NCBI GenBank assembly: GCA_963730445.1
Contig: CAVSRX010000007.1
Location: 115,554 to 179,553 of the forward strand
Origin: Vicinamibacterales bacterium
GTDB taxonomy: Bacteria > Acidobacteriota > Vicinamibacteria > Vicinamibacterales > JAMQPK01
Length of the DNA stretch: 64,000 nt
Reading direction: 5' to 3'
Both the position numbers and the translations under genes were made by a program. Numbering within the stretch: the stretch's first letter is position 1; the number at the start of each line of letters is the position of its first letter. The notes under the pieces are model-generated. The model ran no database searches. It was given only the letters and a program-made list of their open reading frames with translations, and was not told where the DNA came from. Below are positions 18,797 through 29,130 of the stretch, piece by piece.

Positions 18797-19883
18797 GGGC
18801 AGATATGACGCGGCGCGCGAAGGCGCGCAAGGTACGTTCGGTTTCCAGCGCTCGCCGCTGCACGCGGCCGCCAAGACCGGCCGGAAAGACGTCGTAGCGC
18901 GCGAGCGGACGCTTCTCGCTCGTCCAGGCAGATTTGTAGGCTTCGCCGCCGTACAAGAGATCGAACTCAGCGAGCCCTTCCTCAATCGCTGCGCGAATGC
19001 TCATGTCGAGCACGGCGCGTCCGACACCGTGGGACTGGAACTGTGAATCGTAGCCGTGCTGATAGAAGTAGAAGCGCCCTTTGAACGAGATCCCGTACAT
19101 CACGCCGACAAGGCTGTCGTTCAAATGCAGCACGAAGAGACGCAGCATGCCGGCCCTTTGCAGACGATCGGTGACGTCGAGATGGAACTCGCGCAGGGCC
19201 GTCGTGTGAAATGCCGTTCCGCGGCTTCCGAAGCGCGCGCGATGGAAATCGAAGAGCTTTGCGAGCGCGTGCTGCCGCATCGCTTCGTCCGTGATCTGCT
19301 CGAACCGCATGGTGAAGTCCCGCTCGAGCGAGCGCAGACGGCGGCGAGTCGTGGCGCGATGCGCAGGACCAATCGTGGCAAGAAACGAATCCCACGAGTG
19401 CCCTGCAAGCCGAATGAACGGGCAAAAGCCGTCGGCCGCCGCGCGCACCGACCATCCGCTTTCGGCCAGCGGTGCCGCGAGTCTGGACAACGACGAGCTC
19501 GGCGGCAGGCGCACGAGGTGAAGCGCAGCGTCCTTCTGCTTGACGTAGTCGGCGAGCGCACGCATGGCTTCGAGCTCGTGTCCGCGGCGAACGATGGCAT
19601 CGAGGTAGTCCGACCCGGCGAAACCACTGCCCATCAGCTCGAAGCGCCACAAGAACGGCAGCCTCCCGCGTGATGCGCAGAAGGGCGCGATCGCCATCAG
19701 CTGGTTGCCGTCGCGCACTGCGACGATCGAAAGGCGGCGCGAGCCGCCGAGATGCGCCCACCACGCGTTGAGCCATTCCCATGTGAGGAACGGCGACTCA
19801 GCCGAGCTGGCCTCGACGAGCTCGGTCCACTCCGCGCGCAGGGCAGCAAACTGGCCGGCGTTATCGATGAGCTCGATCGTCAC
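18777..19883 (-). CDS. FemAB/CelD-like GNAT acyltransferase (PEP-CTERM-locus type)
   Basis: GTG 19883 forms a GTGA overlap with the upstream stop. The sequence reads VTIELIDNAGQFAALRAEWTELVEASSAESPFLTWEWLNAWW..YFYQHGYDSQF..GVGRAVLDMSIRAAIEEGLAEFDLLYGGEAYK. It is a paralog of 21007..22128. Confidence 0.7.
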   Translation of the reverse strand: MTIELIDNAGQFAALRAEWTELVEASSAESPFLTWEWLNAWWAHLGGSRRLSIVAVRDGNQLMAIAPFCASRGRLPFLWRFELMGSGFAGSDYLDAIVRRGHELEAMRALADYVKQKDAALHLVRLPPSSSLSRLAAPLAESGWSVRAAADGFCPFIRLAGHSWDSFLATIGPAHRATTRRRLRSLERDFTMRFEQITDEAMRQHALAKLFDFHRARFGSRGTAFHTTALREFHLDVTDRLQRAGMLRLFVLHLNDSLVGVMYGISFKGRFYFYQHGYDSQFQSHGVGRAVLDMSIRAAIEEGLAEFDLLYGGEAYKSAWTSEKRPLARYDVFPAGLGGRVQRRALETERTLRAFARRVISAHAPQTS

Positions 19884-21034
19884 GACATCCTCAGATTCAG
19901 CCGGGCGACCTGCTCGGCCACGTAGTCGATGTGCCGATCGGTGAGATCCTGGTGAATGGGCAGGCCAAGGACGTGCCGGCGCAGATACTGCGCGTTTTCG
20001 CCTTCGGCTTCGGCGCGACCGGCACCTTCGGCGCCGTGATTCCAGAATTCGAGCACGTCGATGTCGCAACTTCGCAGGACCTCTGCCGTTTCCTGTTTGT
20101 CCTCGACCAGAATCGGAAACAGCAGCGGGCAGACACCAATGGGAAGCTCGTCGTGCAGCGGGGTCACCTGTCCCGCGAGCTGCATCGCAAGCCGGCGATA
20201 GTTCGCCATGCGGCGGGTGCGCACCTCTTCGAAGTCGAGACGCTTCAGCAGGCGCGCCGAAATCTCCGACATCGCGAGATCGACATCGTCGATGTTGAAC
20301 CCGATGTCGCCGATCTTCGCGCGCGGCACGTCCATCGCGCCAACCGCCCGTCCCGCCGCGCGCTTCATCGACTCCATCGCAGCGCCGAGACTGTCCGATC
20401 GGCTTCGGATGTTTCGCACGACGAGCTCGGCCGTGCGGCCGAGCACCGACGGCAGTCCTGCCTGGCGAAGGCTGATGTGGTCGAGCCCGGCGAGGTGCGT
20501 GCCGTTCTCGACGAGACACGCGCCATTGGGCAGCGGCAGCGTCTTATAGAGACAGAACACCGAGAAGTGACCGAACGTCCCGAGCGGCTGCTCACCGGCA
20601 TCGCTCAAGAGCGCGAGCGCGCAGTCTTCGACGAGCCACATGCCGCGGCGGCGCGCGAGATCGGCGAACTGCCGAATCGGCTGCGGCCAACCGAGGTAAT
20701 GAATCACGTAGAGCACGTCAGGATGGTGCACCGCGCACAGGCGCTCGACTTCGGCCGCATCGGCCTGCCCATCGGGGCCGACCGGGTAATAGCGGATCGT
20801 GGCGCCTGCCGCCTCGAGCGCGAGCACTTCGTTGCCGCTGTTGTAATCGGGCACGAGAACCGTCAGCTGCTCGTTGGTCGACTTGAGCACTCGAAACAGG
20901 TGATAGATCGCATTCCTCGCGCGATAGAACGTGAGGTGCGGCACGTCGAACGGGTACCGGCGCGCCGTCGTTTTGCCGGACGCGGACAGCACGAAGTCGG
21001 TGGCGGTCAGGCCCTGGAAGGTTGGGATGAACAT
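19880..21034 (-). CDS. PLP-dependent aminotransferase (DegT/DnrJ/EryC1-like fold)
   Basis: ORF 19880..21457 trimmed to the ATG at 21034 (MFIPTFQG..). Contains ..VEDCALALLS..GHFSVFCLYKTLPLPNGACLV, a putative PLP-Lys context. Confidence 0.6.
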   Translation of the reverse strand: MFIPTFQGLTATDFVLSASGKTTARRYPFDVPHLTFYRARNAIYHLFRVLKSTNEQLTVLVPDYNSGNEVLALEAAGATIRYYPVGPDGQADAAEVERLCAVHHPDVLYVIHYLGWPQPIRQFADLARRRGMWLVEDCALALLSDAGEQPLGTFGHFSVFCLYKTLPLPNGACLVENGTHLAGLDHISLRQAGLPSVLGRTAELVVRNIRSRSDSLGAAMESMKRAAGRAVGAMDVPRAKIGDIGFNIDDVDLAMSEISARLLKRLDFEEVRTRRMANYRRLAMQLAGQVTPLHDELPIGVCPLLFPILVEDKQETAEVLRSCDIDVLEFWNHGAEGAGRAEAEGENAQYLRRHVLGLPIHQDLTDRHIDYVAEQVARLNLRMS

Positions 21035-22128
21035 GTCCGTCGTAACGCTGGAACGACTTGAAATTTCAGAGGATGAAGGAGCCGCCCTCGCGGCGTGCCG
21101 GCAAACACGAACAGCCAGTCGTGCGGGCGCGTGGTCGATGTCCACTCGAGCTTCCACGGTTCGGTGTCGCCAAGAAAATCGAATTCGCTGTAGCGCTTGT
21201 CGAACGCGTGCCGCAGCGCGAAATACGTGAGCATCTTGAAGGGCGAGCACTTCGCGAATTCCGGGTCGTACCCGGTCTTCAACAGGAAGAGCCTGTTCGC
21301 GTACACCGCTGCGTAGCACGCCGCGATACGGCGGCCGCCGACGGAAAGAAACATCAGGCGCAGCCAGGGGCACTCGTTCGCACGCTCGGTCATCAGCGTG
21401 TAGAAGCGCTGCACCGATTCGTCTGACGCGATCGCGGTGCCCTCGGTCGCCTTCCATCCCGAGTCTTCGAGCCGCTGCGCATCGGCCCGACCCGCGCCAA
21501 TCGCGTCGGCATCGTCAAGCACTTCAAGCGTGGGCTCACCGATCTGCGACAGACGGCCCAGCCTGTTTCGCAGGTTCCCCTTGAACTTCGAGCTCAGGCC
21601 GTTCATATACGCGTCCCACGTCGATGAGAGCTGCAGGTACGGAGCCGCGCCGCTCTCCCACACGCCTGTCTGCCGTCCCGCGGCCGCTGCAAACTGCCGG
21701 AACTTTTCGCGACTGCCCGAGTCGGCGGGCATCTGGCTCAGCTGAAGCACATCCCAGCGAGGGCCCGCATCCAGAACGGCATGCCACAGCGCACGGTAGG
21801 CATCTTCGACGTGGTCGGCCCCATCATTGACAACGATGACATCGGTGCGCGGCGTGTGATCGTTCTGCAGGAACCGCATGCGGCGGACGGGCATGCCATA
21901 CATCTGCGCGCGCTCGAACATGAGCGGCGCGATCGCGCACACGCGCGCGGCGTGGCGCACAACAAGAATGTTGAGCTGATGCGACTCGCCGAAGGCGTCC
22001 CACCACGTCCGCACCCACTCGTGGCGCAGAAAGGGATGCGCGATCGCGGCGCGATCGACCGCGTCGTTCCACTCCCCTTCGAGGGCCAGGAACGCGGCCT
22101 TATCGGAGACTAGGTCTACCGAGTACAT
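21007..22128 (-). CDS. FemAB/CelD-like GNAT acyltransferase, second copy
   Basis: ORF 21007..22254 trimmed to the ATG at 22128. The sequence reads MYSVDLVSDKAAFLALEGEWNDAVDRAAIAHPFLRHEWVRTWW..LFLLKTGYDPEFAKCSPFKMLTYFALRHAFDKRYSEFDFLGDTEPWK. Confidence 0.7.
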   Translation of the reverse strand: MYSVDLVSDKAAFLALEGEWNDAVDRAAIAHPFLRHEWVRTWWDAFGESHQLNILVVRHAARVCAIAPLMFERAQMYGMPVRRMRFLQNDHTPRTDVIVVNDGADHVEDAYRALWHAVLDAGPRWDVLQLSQMPADSGSREKFRQFAAAAGRQTGVWESGAAPYLQLSSTWDAYMNGLSSKFKGNLRNRLGRLSQIGEPTLEVLDDADAIGAGRADAQRLEDSGWKATEGTAIASDESVQRFYTLMTERANECPWLRLMFLSVGGRRIAACYAAVYANRLFLLKTGYDPEFAKCSPFKMLTYFALRHAFDKRYSEFDFLGDTEPWKLEWTSTTRPHDWLFVFAGTPRGRLLHPLKFQVVPALRRTCSSQPSRA

Positions 22129-23296
22129 GACTGAATCCTGCGGAGGTCTTCCGCTGTTTCCGCGCGAGCAGATCGAGGTACAGAGATTCGGTTGCGCGCA
22201 CCATCTTCTCGACAGAGTAACCATCGGCGATCGCTTTGCGCGAGGCGTCGCCAAGCCGGCGCGCGAGCGCCGGCTCGCTCAGCAGCCTTGCGACCGCCTC
22301 GGCGAGCGCCGTGGCATCGCCAGGCTCCACGATCAGGCCGGTCACTTCGTTGACGATGGCTTCTGGGGTACCTCCCACGCGCGTCGCGACGGTCGGGGCG
22401 CCGGCGGCCATCGATTCGAGCAGCACGTTCGACAACGCCTCGTTCAGCGACGGCATGACAGACACGGTCGCGCCGGCGAGCAGCGCGGGCACATCCTGTC
22501 GAAGGCCGGTGAAAATCACGCGATCGCTCAACCCCAGACGCTCGGTGAGCGCTTTCAGCGCGTCCTCGTACTCCCGCTCGGCGGGATTCGCATAGCCCAC
22601 TATCACGAAGCGCGCGTCCGGGAACCGGGGCGCGAGCATTTGTGCGGCTTCGAGAAATTGCTCGAGACCTTTCTGGCGCGTGAGGCGCGACACCACCATC
22701 ACCACCGGCGAGCCCGCAGCGATGCCGAGCTCGCGACGCACCCGCTCGGGATCGGGACGCTCGGAGAAGCGATCGAGCTCGACGCCGTTCGGAATGACGA
22801 CGATCTTCGCGGGGTCGTACCCTTCGCTCGTCAGCCAGTCCTTGACAGCCTCGGCATTCACGAGCACGCAATCGGCAAAGCGGCAAACGAATCGCTGCAC
22901 CCGCTTCTGCATCGGCGTGAGGTACGCCGCCCGGTCGCGAATCGACGCAATCACAACCGGCGTCCCCGCCAGCCGTGAGGGCAGAATCCCGAAGACGTTG
23001 CCGTAAAAGCTGTAGGCATGCATCACGTCGATGCGTTGCTTTGCCATGCGGCGCGCGAACTTCGTCATCTGCGCCACCGCTGCGAAACTGTAGAAGCCGG
23101 GGATGGGGTAATCGGACAGCGGGATACCGCGGTCGCTGAGTTCTTTGATGAACGGACCGATCCGGCGCAGGCACGCCACCTCGAGGCTGAACCCCTGCTC
23201 GTGGAGCGATCGCGCGAGCGTGATGGCCTGATTCTCGGTACCGCCGCACAACAGCGTCGGCACGATCTTCAATAGGCGAATCGGCGCTGTGTTCAT
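22100..23296 (-). CDS. GT4-family glycosyltransferase
   Basis: The 805-aa ORF 22100..24517 is trimmed to the ATG at 23296 (MNTAPIRLLKIVPTLLCGGTENQAITLARSL..). Contains ..VMPSLNEALSNVLLESMAAGAPTVATRVGGTPE. ATGA overlap with the upstream stop (23293-23296). Confidence 0.85.
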   Translation of the reverse strand: MNTAPIRLLKIVPTLLCGGTENQAITLARSLHEQGFSLEVACLRRIGPFIKELSDRGIPLSDYPIPGFYSFAAVAQMTKFARRMAKQRIDVMHAYSFYGNVFGILPSRLAGTPVVIASIRDRAAYLTPMQKRVQRFVCRFADCVLVNAEAVKDWLTSEGYDPAKIVVIPNGVELDRFSERPDPERVRRELGIAAGSPVVMVVSRLTRQKGLEQFLEAAQMLAPRFPDARFVIVGYANPAEREYEDALKALTERLGLSDRVIFTGLRQDVPALLAGATVSVMPSLNEALSNVLLESMAAGAPTVATRVGGTPEAIVNEVTGLIVEPGDATALAEAVARLLSEPALARRLGDASRKAIADGYSVEKMVRATESLYLDLLARKQRKTSAGFSHVLGRPSLR

Positions 23297-24657
23297 GCGG
23301 CGACTACCGTCTGCTCTGAGCCAAGTCGGAGGGCCTGCTCGTCGGACGTCCGCAGCATGGCCAGCTCGGTTCTGCAGGTGTTCTGCAGCGCCACCGCAAG
23401 CCCGCCGATGCAGTAGAAGTAGAACTGATACGCCACTGGATGAAAGAACGACTCGACCGCGAACGCCACGAGCGCAATCTGCACGCCGCCCGCGAGCACA
23501 ACCAGGTCGCGCAAATGCGGCTCGCGCGCGGCGCGCACGCGCACGCGCTTGGCGCCGCGGAACGTCGCCACGAGCAGCCAGATGAACAGCACCGCGCCGG
23601 GCAGGCCGAGGTCGACGGCGTACTGGAGGTAGACGTTGTGAACGGATCGCCACGTCGCGCCGCGCTCTTCGTTCAACGCCAGGATGTCCTGGCCGAGGCC
23701 CACGCCCGTGATGGGATTCTTGATGACGACGTCGACGGCTGCACCGAAGTCTTCCCAGCGCCCTTGCGCCGATCCCGTTCGATCGCTCTCGATGTCGGTG
23801 ATGGTGTTCAGGCGATTCAGATAGCCCGGGGGCAGCATCGGCGGGACGACCAGCGCCAGCAGCAGAATCGCGATTGCCGCTCCCGGAAGGCGTCGCCGGA
23901 TGAGCGCGACGAACCCGAGGAAGACGATCACGATGAGCGCGATGAACCCGGCGCGCGAGAACGTGATGACGACGGTCATCACGCTCAGCAGCAGCGTGAA
24001 TGCGGCAGCGGCCTTGAGCGGCACCTTCCTCGTCATGATGAGCAGCGCGCCGGCAATCGGGATGAGCAGGTTCAGCATCAGCGCCAGATCGTTCGGATTG
24101 CTGGCGATGCCCGAGCCCGCATAGCCCGCAATGCGCTGCACTATCGCGCGGCGGCTCGTCACGAACTCGCCCGACAGAAAGTTCTGCACGCCTGTTGCGG
24201 CTAATGGAATCGAGCAGAGCACGAGCGTCCACGTAAACACCATCAACCGCTTCTTGGTGATGACGAGCGTCCCGATCAGCCAGAAGAACATGACGGCTTT
24301 CAGAAAGTGCTCGGTCAACTCCGTCACGCTGCCGCCGGGCCAATACGACAAGGGAATGGTGAGGATCGACCAGGTGACCAGCGCGAGGCAGATGCCCATC
24401 TCCTTCGAAAAGGTCGAGACGGGCCTGCGCTGCACGGCCGAGTCGAACATGTAGGCGACGAAAGACACGGTCGCCGCCAGAAGAGCGATGCGCAGGCTCT
24501 TGAGCACGGGAAACCATTCCTGCGGCGCGAGCAGCAGGATGGCCGTGAATGCGACCAGGGCCTTGAACGCGAGGTCGGTGTCCGGAACAGCTACGGACGC
24601 CGGCGTCGCGACAGGCTCAGGACGCCACCAGTCTTGGGAAAGTTCGGACGTCAGCAC
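23293..24657 (-). CDS. O-antigen-ligase/Wzy-like polytopic membrane protein (exosortase-locus O-glycosylation-ligase type)
   Basis: About 10 TM segments, with SNPNDLALMLNLLIPIA..VITFSRAGFIALIV (Wzy_C-like loop). Intact 454-aa ORF. Confidence 0.75.
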   Translation of the reverse strand: MLTSELSQDWWRPEPVATPASVAVPDTDLAFKALVAFTAILLLAPQEWFPVLKSLRIALLAATVSFVAYMFDSAVQRRPVSTFSKEMGICLALVTWSILTIPLSYWPGGSVTELTEHFLKAVMFFWLIGTLVITKKRLMVFTWTLVLCSIPLAATGVQNFLSGEFVTSRRAIVQRIAGYAGSGIASNPNDLALMLNLLIPIAGALLIMTRKVPLKAAAAFTLLLSVMTVVITFSRAGFIALIVIVFLGFVALIRRRLPGAAIAILLLALVVPPMLPPGYLNRLNTITDIESDRTGSAQGRWEDFGAAVDVVIKNPITGVGLGQDILALNEERGATWRSVHNVYLQYAVDLGLPGAVLFIWLLVATFRGAKRVRVRAAREPHLRDLVVLAGGVQIALVAFAVESFFHPVAYQFYFYCIGGLAVALQNTCRTELAMLRTSDEQALRLGSEQTVVAA

Positions 24658-25601
24658 CAGACTCCGCCAGCTTCTTGCCGCTCATCCGGATTGGGCCGTC
24701 GAAGATCTCGACGTCGTGAAATCCGTTTTCGCGGAACCATCGGAAAATTTCGGGATAGAGATATTTGAACTGGTACTTCGGCGTGTACCAGTCGAACGTG
24801 TCGAGCCACCGCCAGCGCGCCTCGGGCTCCATCGAGATCGGCGCGGCGAGCTGGAAGAGCTTGCCGACGACCGGCACGCGATAGAGGTAGTAGAGCGGAA
24901 TCGCGACGGCCGAGAGCCCCCACATCACCTTCAGCGGCAGCCGCGTCGTCACATGGCGGATGGCGTCCGAGGCTTTGTGCGACGGGCCGTAGCGCGCATA
25001 CATGTAGACGGCGAGCTTGCCGCACGGCTTCACGGTGGCGGCAACGCGCGCGAACGCGCCGCGCGGGTCCGGCGTGTGGTGCAGCACGCCAATCGAGTAC
25101 GCCAGATCGAACGTGTCGTCGCGGAACGGCAGCGCGAAAATATCGGCCTGGAACAGATGCACGTTCGGCCGCGTGCCGATGTTTCGATACGCCGCATCCA
25201 CGGCCATCGTCAGATCGACGCCGAACACCTCGGCGCCCTTCGCCGATGCGCGATCGGCAAACCGTCCGGCGCCGACACCCGCGTCGAGCAGGCGGCTTCC
25301 CTGGAAATCCTTGTCGCTCCAGCCGGTCGCGCCGACGAGCGCCTGTTCGGACTCAGGCGACTCGTTGATCGAATCCAACTGAACGGTCCTGAACCAGTTC
25401 CACTGATAGCCGAAGCTCTGGGCGTAGGCATCCTGCGGCACGAAGCGCGGCACGCCTTTCGTAATCGGATAGACGTTGCCGCACGCGTTGCAGGTGAGCG
25501 TGCCTTCGATGATTTCGGCGGCTTCTTTCACGCTCGTCACGCAGCGCGAGCTCGCCTTTACAGTGCGGGCAGACGATGACGTCGAGCGCCGAGAGTTTCA
25601 T
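24617..25601 (-). pseudogene. Trm112-like zinc-ribbon plus class I SAM-dependent methyltransferase, one frameshift
   Basis: MKLSALDVIVCPHCKGELAL (ORF 25353..25601, ATG 25601, ATGA overlap with the upstream stop) and ..IIEGTLTCNACGNVYPITKGVPRFV (ORF 24617..25540) are the two halves of one CxxC..CxxC ribbon, split near 25535-25545. The SAM motif LLDAGVGAGRFA follows. Confidence 0.75.
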
Positions 25602-26726
25602 TGCTCCACCGCCTGCGCCGTCACGAGCGCTGCGCGCAGCTTCACGGCCTGTTCACGGCGCACCTGGCGGCGCACTTCGGCAGCGCCGTGGCCGGTCATC
25701 ATGATGAACACGGTTTCGAACAGGATCTTGAAGTCGAGCCACAGCGTGTGGTTCTTGATGTAGTAGAGGTCGTAGCGCATCTTCTCCGTTTCCTGTTCGA
25801 GGTTGTTGGCATAGCCGTAGCGCACCTGCGCCCAGCCGGTGACGCCCGGCCGCACCGTGGACCGGAGGCCGTAATACGCGATGTACTCGAGGAAGATCTG
25901 CTGATTGCTCGTCGGATGCGGCCGCGGCCCGATCAGGTTCATCTCTCCGCGGAGCACGTTCACCATCTGCGGCACTTCGTCGAAGCGGAACCGGCGCAGC
26001 CACTTCCCCACTCGCGTGATGCGTCCGACGTTGTCCTGCACCCACTCCGAGGTGGGCGGCGCCGACCCGGCAGGATGCATCGTCCGGAACTTGAAGAGGC
26101 TGAACGGCTTTCCGTTCCAGCCCGCGCGCTCCTGAACGAAGAAGACCGGGCCGCGCGAATCGATCTTGATGGCGAGCGCGACGAGGAGAAGAATCGGCGC
26201 GCACAGGACGAGTCCGACGAGCGCGATCGTGAGGCTCATGGCGCGAGCCACCGCCTGTCCGAATCCCTCGTGCCGGAACCCCTTCGACAAGAATCAGCGT
26301 GCCCGGCGTGAGCTCTTCGATGGCGATCTTGCCGGTGAGGCGCTCGTAGAACTCGAGCACGTCTTCCACGACGACCCCTTTGATGCGCGACTCGAGCAGC
26401 GCCTCCAACGGGAGACGGCCGCGGCGATCGGCGAGCGCGACGATAATGCGCGACGGGCGCACGCGATCGACGATTTCTGAAAGATGATCGAACGATCCCA
26501 GCCAGGGAATCGAGCGCAGCGCGTCGTCGGTGGGCCGCTGGTGATCGACGAGGCCTGCCAGATGGCAGCCGTCGTTGGACGAATCGACCTCTTCGATGAG
26601 CTTCGACGTCATGGGCCCCGTGCCAAGAATCACGATCGGCCTGGCGTCGAACCTCTGTTGTCGCCGCACCAGCACGATGGTGCAGATAATCGCGAACGAG
26701 AGTGCAACCAGGAGAGTCATCACCAA
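25598..26726 (-). pseudogene. polyprenyl-phosphate sugar phosphotransferase (EpsB/WbaP-like initiating enzyme), one frameshift
   Basis: The N-terminal TM and linker domain is in the frame of ORF 25653..26726 (MVMTLLVALSFAIICTIVL..IVILGTG..RIIVALADRRG..). The catalytic domain is in ORF 25598..26290 (PVFFVQERAGWNGKPFSLFKFRTMH..DEVPQMVNVLRGEMNLIGPRP). They join near 26285. Confidence 0.8.
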
Positions 26727-26730
26727 ACCC

Positions 26731-28575
26731 CTATTCGACGGTTACGCTTTTTGCGAGATTGCGCGGCTGATCGACGTCGGCGCCGCGGAGGGTCGCCAGG
26801 TGGTATGCCAGCAGCTGCAGCGGAATCGCCGTGAGGAACGGCTGCAGCCAGTGTGGAGCGCGCGGAATCGGAATCTGCACGTCGGCGATCCCTTTGCTCG
26901 CCTCGTCCCCCTCGGTGACGATGGCAATCACGAATCCATCGCGCGCCTTCACTTCCTGAATGTTGCTGGCCATGCTCGCCAGCGTCGGCCCGCACGGTGC
27001 GAGCGCGACAACCGGCGTGCCCGATTCGATGAGCGCGATTGGCCCGTGCTTCATTTCGCCGGCCGGGTAGCCCTCGGCGTGCTGATAGGAAATTTCCTTC
27101 AGCTTGAGGGCGCCTTCGAGCGCCATCGGGTACTGGAGTCCGCGGCCGAGGTACAGGAAATCCCTCTTGTCGACGAGCGGCTCGGCAATCTTTCGAATCG
27201 CGTCGCTCTGCTCCAGCGCCTTGCGCATCAGGTCGGGCAGCGCGAGCAGCTTCGCGACGATGTCTGTCGAGAAATGAGTGTCGACGGCCCCGCGCGCGAG
27301 CGCGATCTTCAGCGCGAGCAGCGTGACCGCCGCGATCTGCGTCGTGAACGTCTTGGTCGCAGCCACCCCGATTTCGAGGCCTCCGCGCGTGTAGAGCACG
27401 CCGTCGGCTTCGCGTGCCAGCGCGCTGCCGACGATATTGCTTATCGCGACGACGCGTGTGCCGAGCGACTTGATGAGCCGGCTCCCCGCAAGCGTGTCGG
27501 CGGTCTCTCCCGACTGCGAGATGGGCACCGCCAGAAGGCCCGGTTCGGCGACGGGCCGCCGATGCCTCAGCTCGGATGCAATCTCCGCTTCCGCCGACAG
27601 CCGCGCCCACTCTTCGACGAGGTATTTGCCGAGTAGCGCCGCGTGCCACGACGTGCCGCACGCGAGGAACGACACGCGCGAGAGCGAGGCGAGATCGCGA
27701 TCCTCGAGACCGAGGCCTTCGAGCTGCACACTTGCCTTCGACGTGGCGATACGGCCGGCCAGCGTGCTCTGCACCGCGTCCGGCTGCTCGAAGATTTCCT
27801 TGAGCATGAAGTGCGCGTACCCGTTGCGCTCGACCGCCTGGGCGTTTATCGAGATGGGCGTCGCGCGCCGCCGGACCGTGCGCCCATCGAGCCGCTGAAT
27901 GCTCGCCTTGCCGCGAGTCAGAATGGCGACGTCCCCTTCTTCGAGCACGACCGCCTCGAGGCCGCGTCCGAGCAGCGCGGGGATGTCGGACGCGAGAAAC
28001 GTTTCGTCGTTGCCGAGGCCCAGCACCAACGGAGATCCGCCGCCGCGCACGGCGACGAGCATGTCGGGACGATCTTCGGTGATGCACGCGATGGCAAACG
28101 AGCCTTTCAGCTCCTTGACCGCTCGCGAGATGGCCTCGATCAGATCGCCGCCGGTCTGTCGGCGATGCGACTCGATGAGGTGCGCGATCACCTCGGTGTC
28201 GGTCTGCGACCTGAACGTGTGCCCCTTCGCCGTCAGCGACGCGCGAAGCTGCTGGTAGTTCTCGATAATGCCGTTGTGGACGACGGCCAGGTGGTTGTCA
28301 CAATCGACGTGCGGATGCGCGTTCACTTCGCAGGGACGGCCATGCGTCGCCCAGCGCGTGTGCGCAATCCCCAGCGAGCCGGCCGGCGAACCGACCTTCG
28401 CGAACTGCGCCTCGAGGTTCGAGATCTTGCCGAGGGCCTTGCAGATCTCCAGGCCGTGGCCGTTGATCGTCGCCACTCCCGCGGAATCGTATCCGCGGTA
28501 CTCGAGCCGCTTGAGGGCGGGCACGAGCACGTCGACGGCTGTGCTCGTGCCGATGTATCCGACTATGCCGCACAT
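26731..28575 (-). CDS. glmS: glutamine--fructose-6-phosphate aminotransferase
   Basis: Intact 614 aa. Starts MCGIVGYIG (Ntn Cys), with two SIS domains (PISQSGETADT) and the C-terminal ..NLAKSVTVE. Confidence 0.95.
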   Translation of the reverse strand: MCGIVGYIGTSTAVDVLVPALKRLEYRGYDSAGVATINGHGLEICKALGKISNLEAQFAKVGSPAGSLGIAHTRWATHGRPCEVNAHPHVDCDNHLAVVHNGIIENYQQLRASLTAKGHTFRSQTDTEVIAHLIESHRRQTGGDLIEAISRAVKELKGSFAIACITEDRPDMLVAVRGGGSPLVLGLGNDETFLASDIPALLGRGLEAVVLEEGDVAILTRGKASIQRLDGRTVRRRATPISINAQAVERNGYAHFMLKEIFEQPDAVQSTLAGRIATSKASVQLEGLGLEDRDLASLSRVSFLACGTSWHAALLGKYLVEEWARLSAEAEIASELRHRRPVAEPGLLAVPISQSGETADTLAGSRLIKSLGTRVVAISNIVGSALAREADGVLYTRGGLEIGVAATKTFTTQIAAVTLLALKIALARGAVDTHFSTDIVAKLLALPDLMRKALEQSDAIRKIAEPLVDKRDFLYLGRGLQYPMALEGALKLKEISYQHAEGYPAGEMKHGPIALIESGTPVVALAPCGPTLASMASNIQEVKARDGFVIAIVTEGDEASKGIADVQIPIPRAPHWLQPFLTAIPLQLLAYHLATLRGADVDQPRNLAKSVTVE

Positions 28576-28582
28576 ACAGTTT

Positions 28583-29081
28583 TTACCGTCCGTTCGCCAT
28601 CAGATTGACGAGTTCGGACTGCAGGTTGACGGCGTTGCCGTTCGAGTCGGTGCCGCTGAACGTGTGCTGCGCGGTGTGCTTCCCGCTCGTCGAGCTGCAC
28701 CACCGCGGGTTCAGCTTGATCTCGCCGTTGGCCGGCACCACCACTTTGATGCCGGTGAGGTTGTTGACGACGAACCCGTCGAAGGCGTCGATCTGCGCGT
28801 TGAACGTGACCGGGGCGCCGCCCGTTTCCTTGAGCGTCAGCTCGTAGTACCACGTGTTGTTGCGGTTCGTGCATCCGGCAATATCGGTGATGGGCTTGCC
28901 GTCGAACGGCACAGGGTTCGGGTTGATCGCCACGGTGACGCCTCCCGTCCTGCCCGTCGACGAGCTGCGACGGGTTGTTGTCGGACGGCCCCGCTGGATT
29001 CGACGAACTGCTGCAGCCCGAGGTTGCGATGAACCCGGCGAGAAGGAACACCACGCAATAGGATGTCGACTTCGAGGACAT
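28583..29081 (-). pseudogene. small lipoprotein of unknown function, one frameshift
   Basis: ATG 29081 is preceded by AGGAG. The lipobox is MSSKSTSYCVVFLLAGFIATSG-C-SSSSNP (ORF 28563..29081). The body is in ORF 28583..28933 (..VTVAINPNPVPFDGKPITDIAGCTNRNNTWYYELTLKETGG..). They join near 28950-28990. Confidence 0.55.
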
Positions 29082-29112
29082 GGCTTTCTCCTATATTGAG
29101 ACTTCGGTAGTT

Positions 29113-29130
29113 GTCCGGCTTCAGCCGGAC
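29113..29130. repeat. REP/terminator-like hairpin (GTCCGGC-TTCA-GCCGGAC)
   Basis: A perfect 7-bp stem with a 4-nt loop abutting the stop of the kinase gene (29130-29132). Same architecture as the GCCGACC hairpins. No T-tract follows. Confidence 0.55.

Noticed and set aside
22100-24517. 805-aa ORF suggesting a large fusion protein
   Set aside because: Only the C-terminal 398 aa (from ATG 23296) are GT4-like. The upstream 407 codons overlap the O-antigen-ligase-like gene in another frame and look like junk. The ATGA junction at 23293-23296 supports two genes. The same logic applies to the 5' extensions of ORFs 1888..3615, 4890..6833, 18777..20519, 19880..21457, 21007..22254, 31414..32394, 33280..34341 and 39307..40542.
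28576-28620. glmS ribozyme or leader upstream of glmS
   Set aside because: Only 7 nt separate glmS from the preceding gene, so there is no room for a structured leader.
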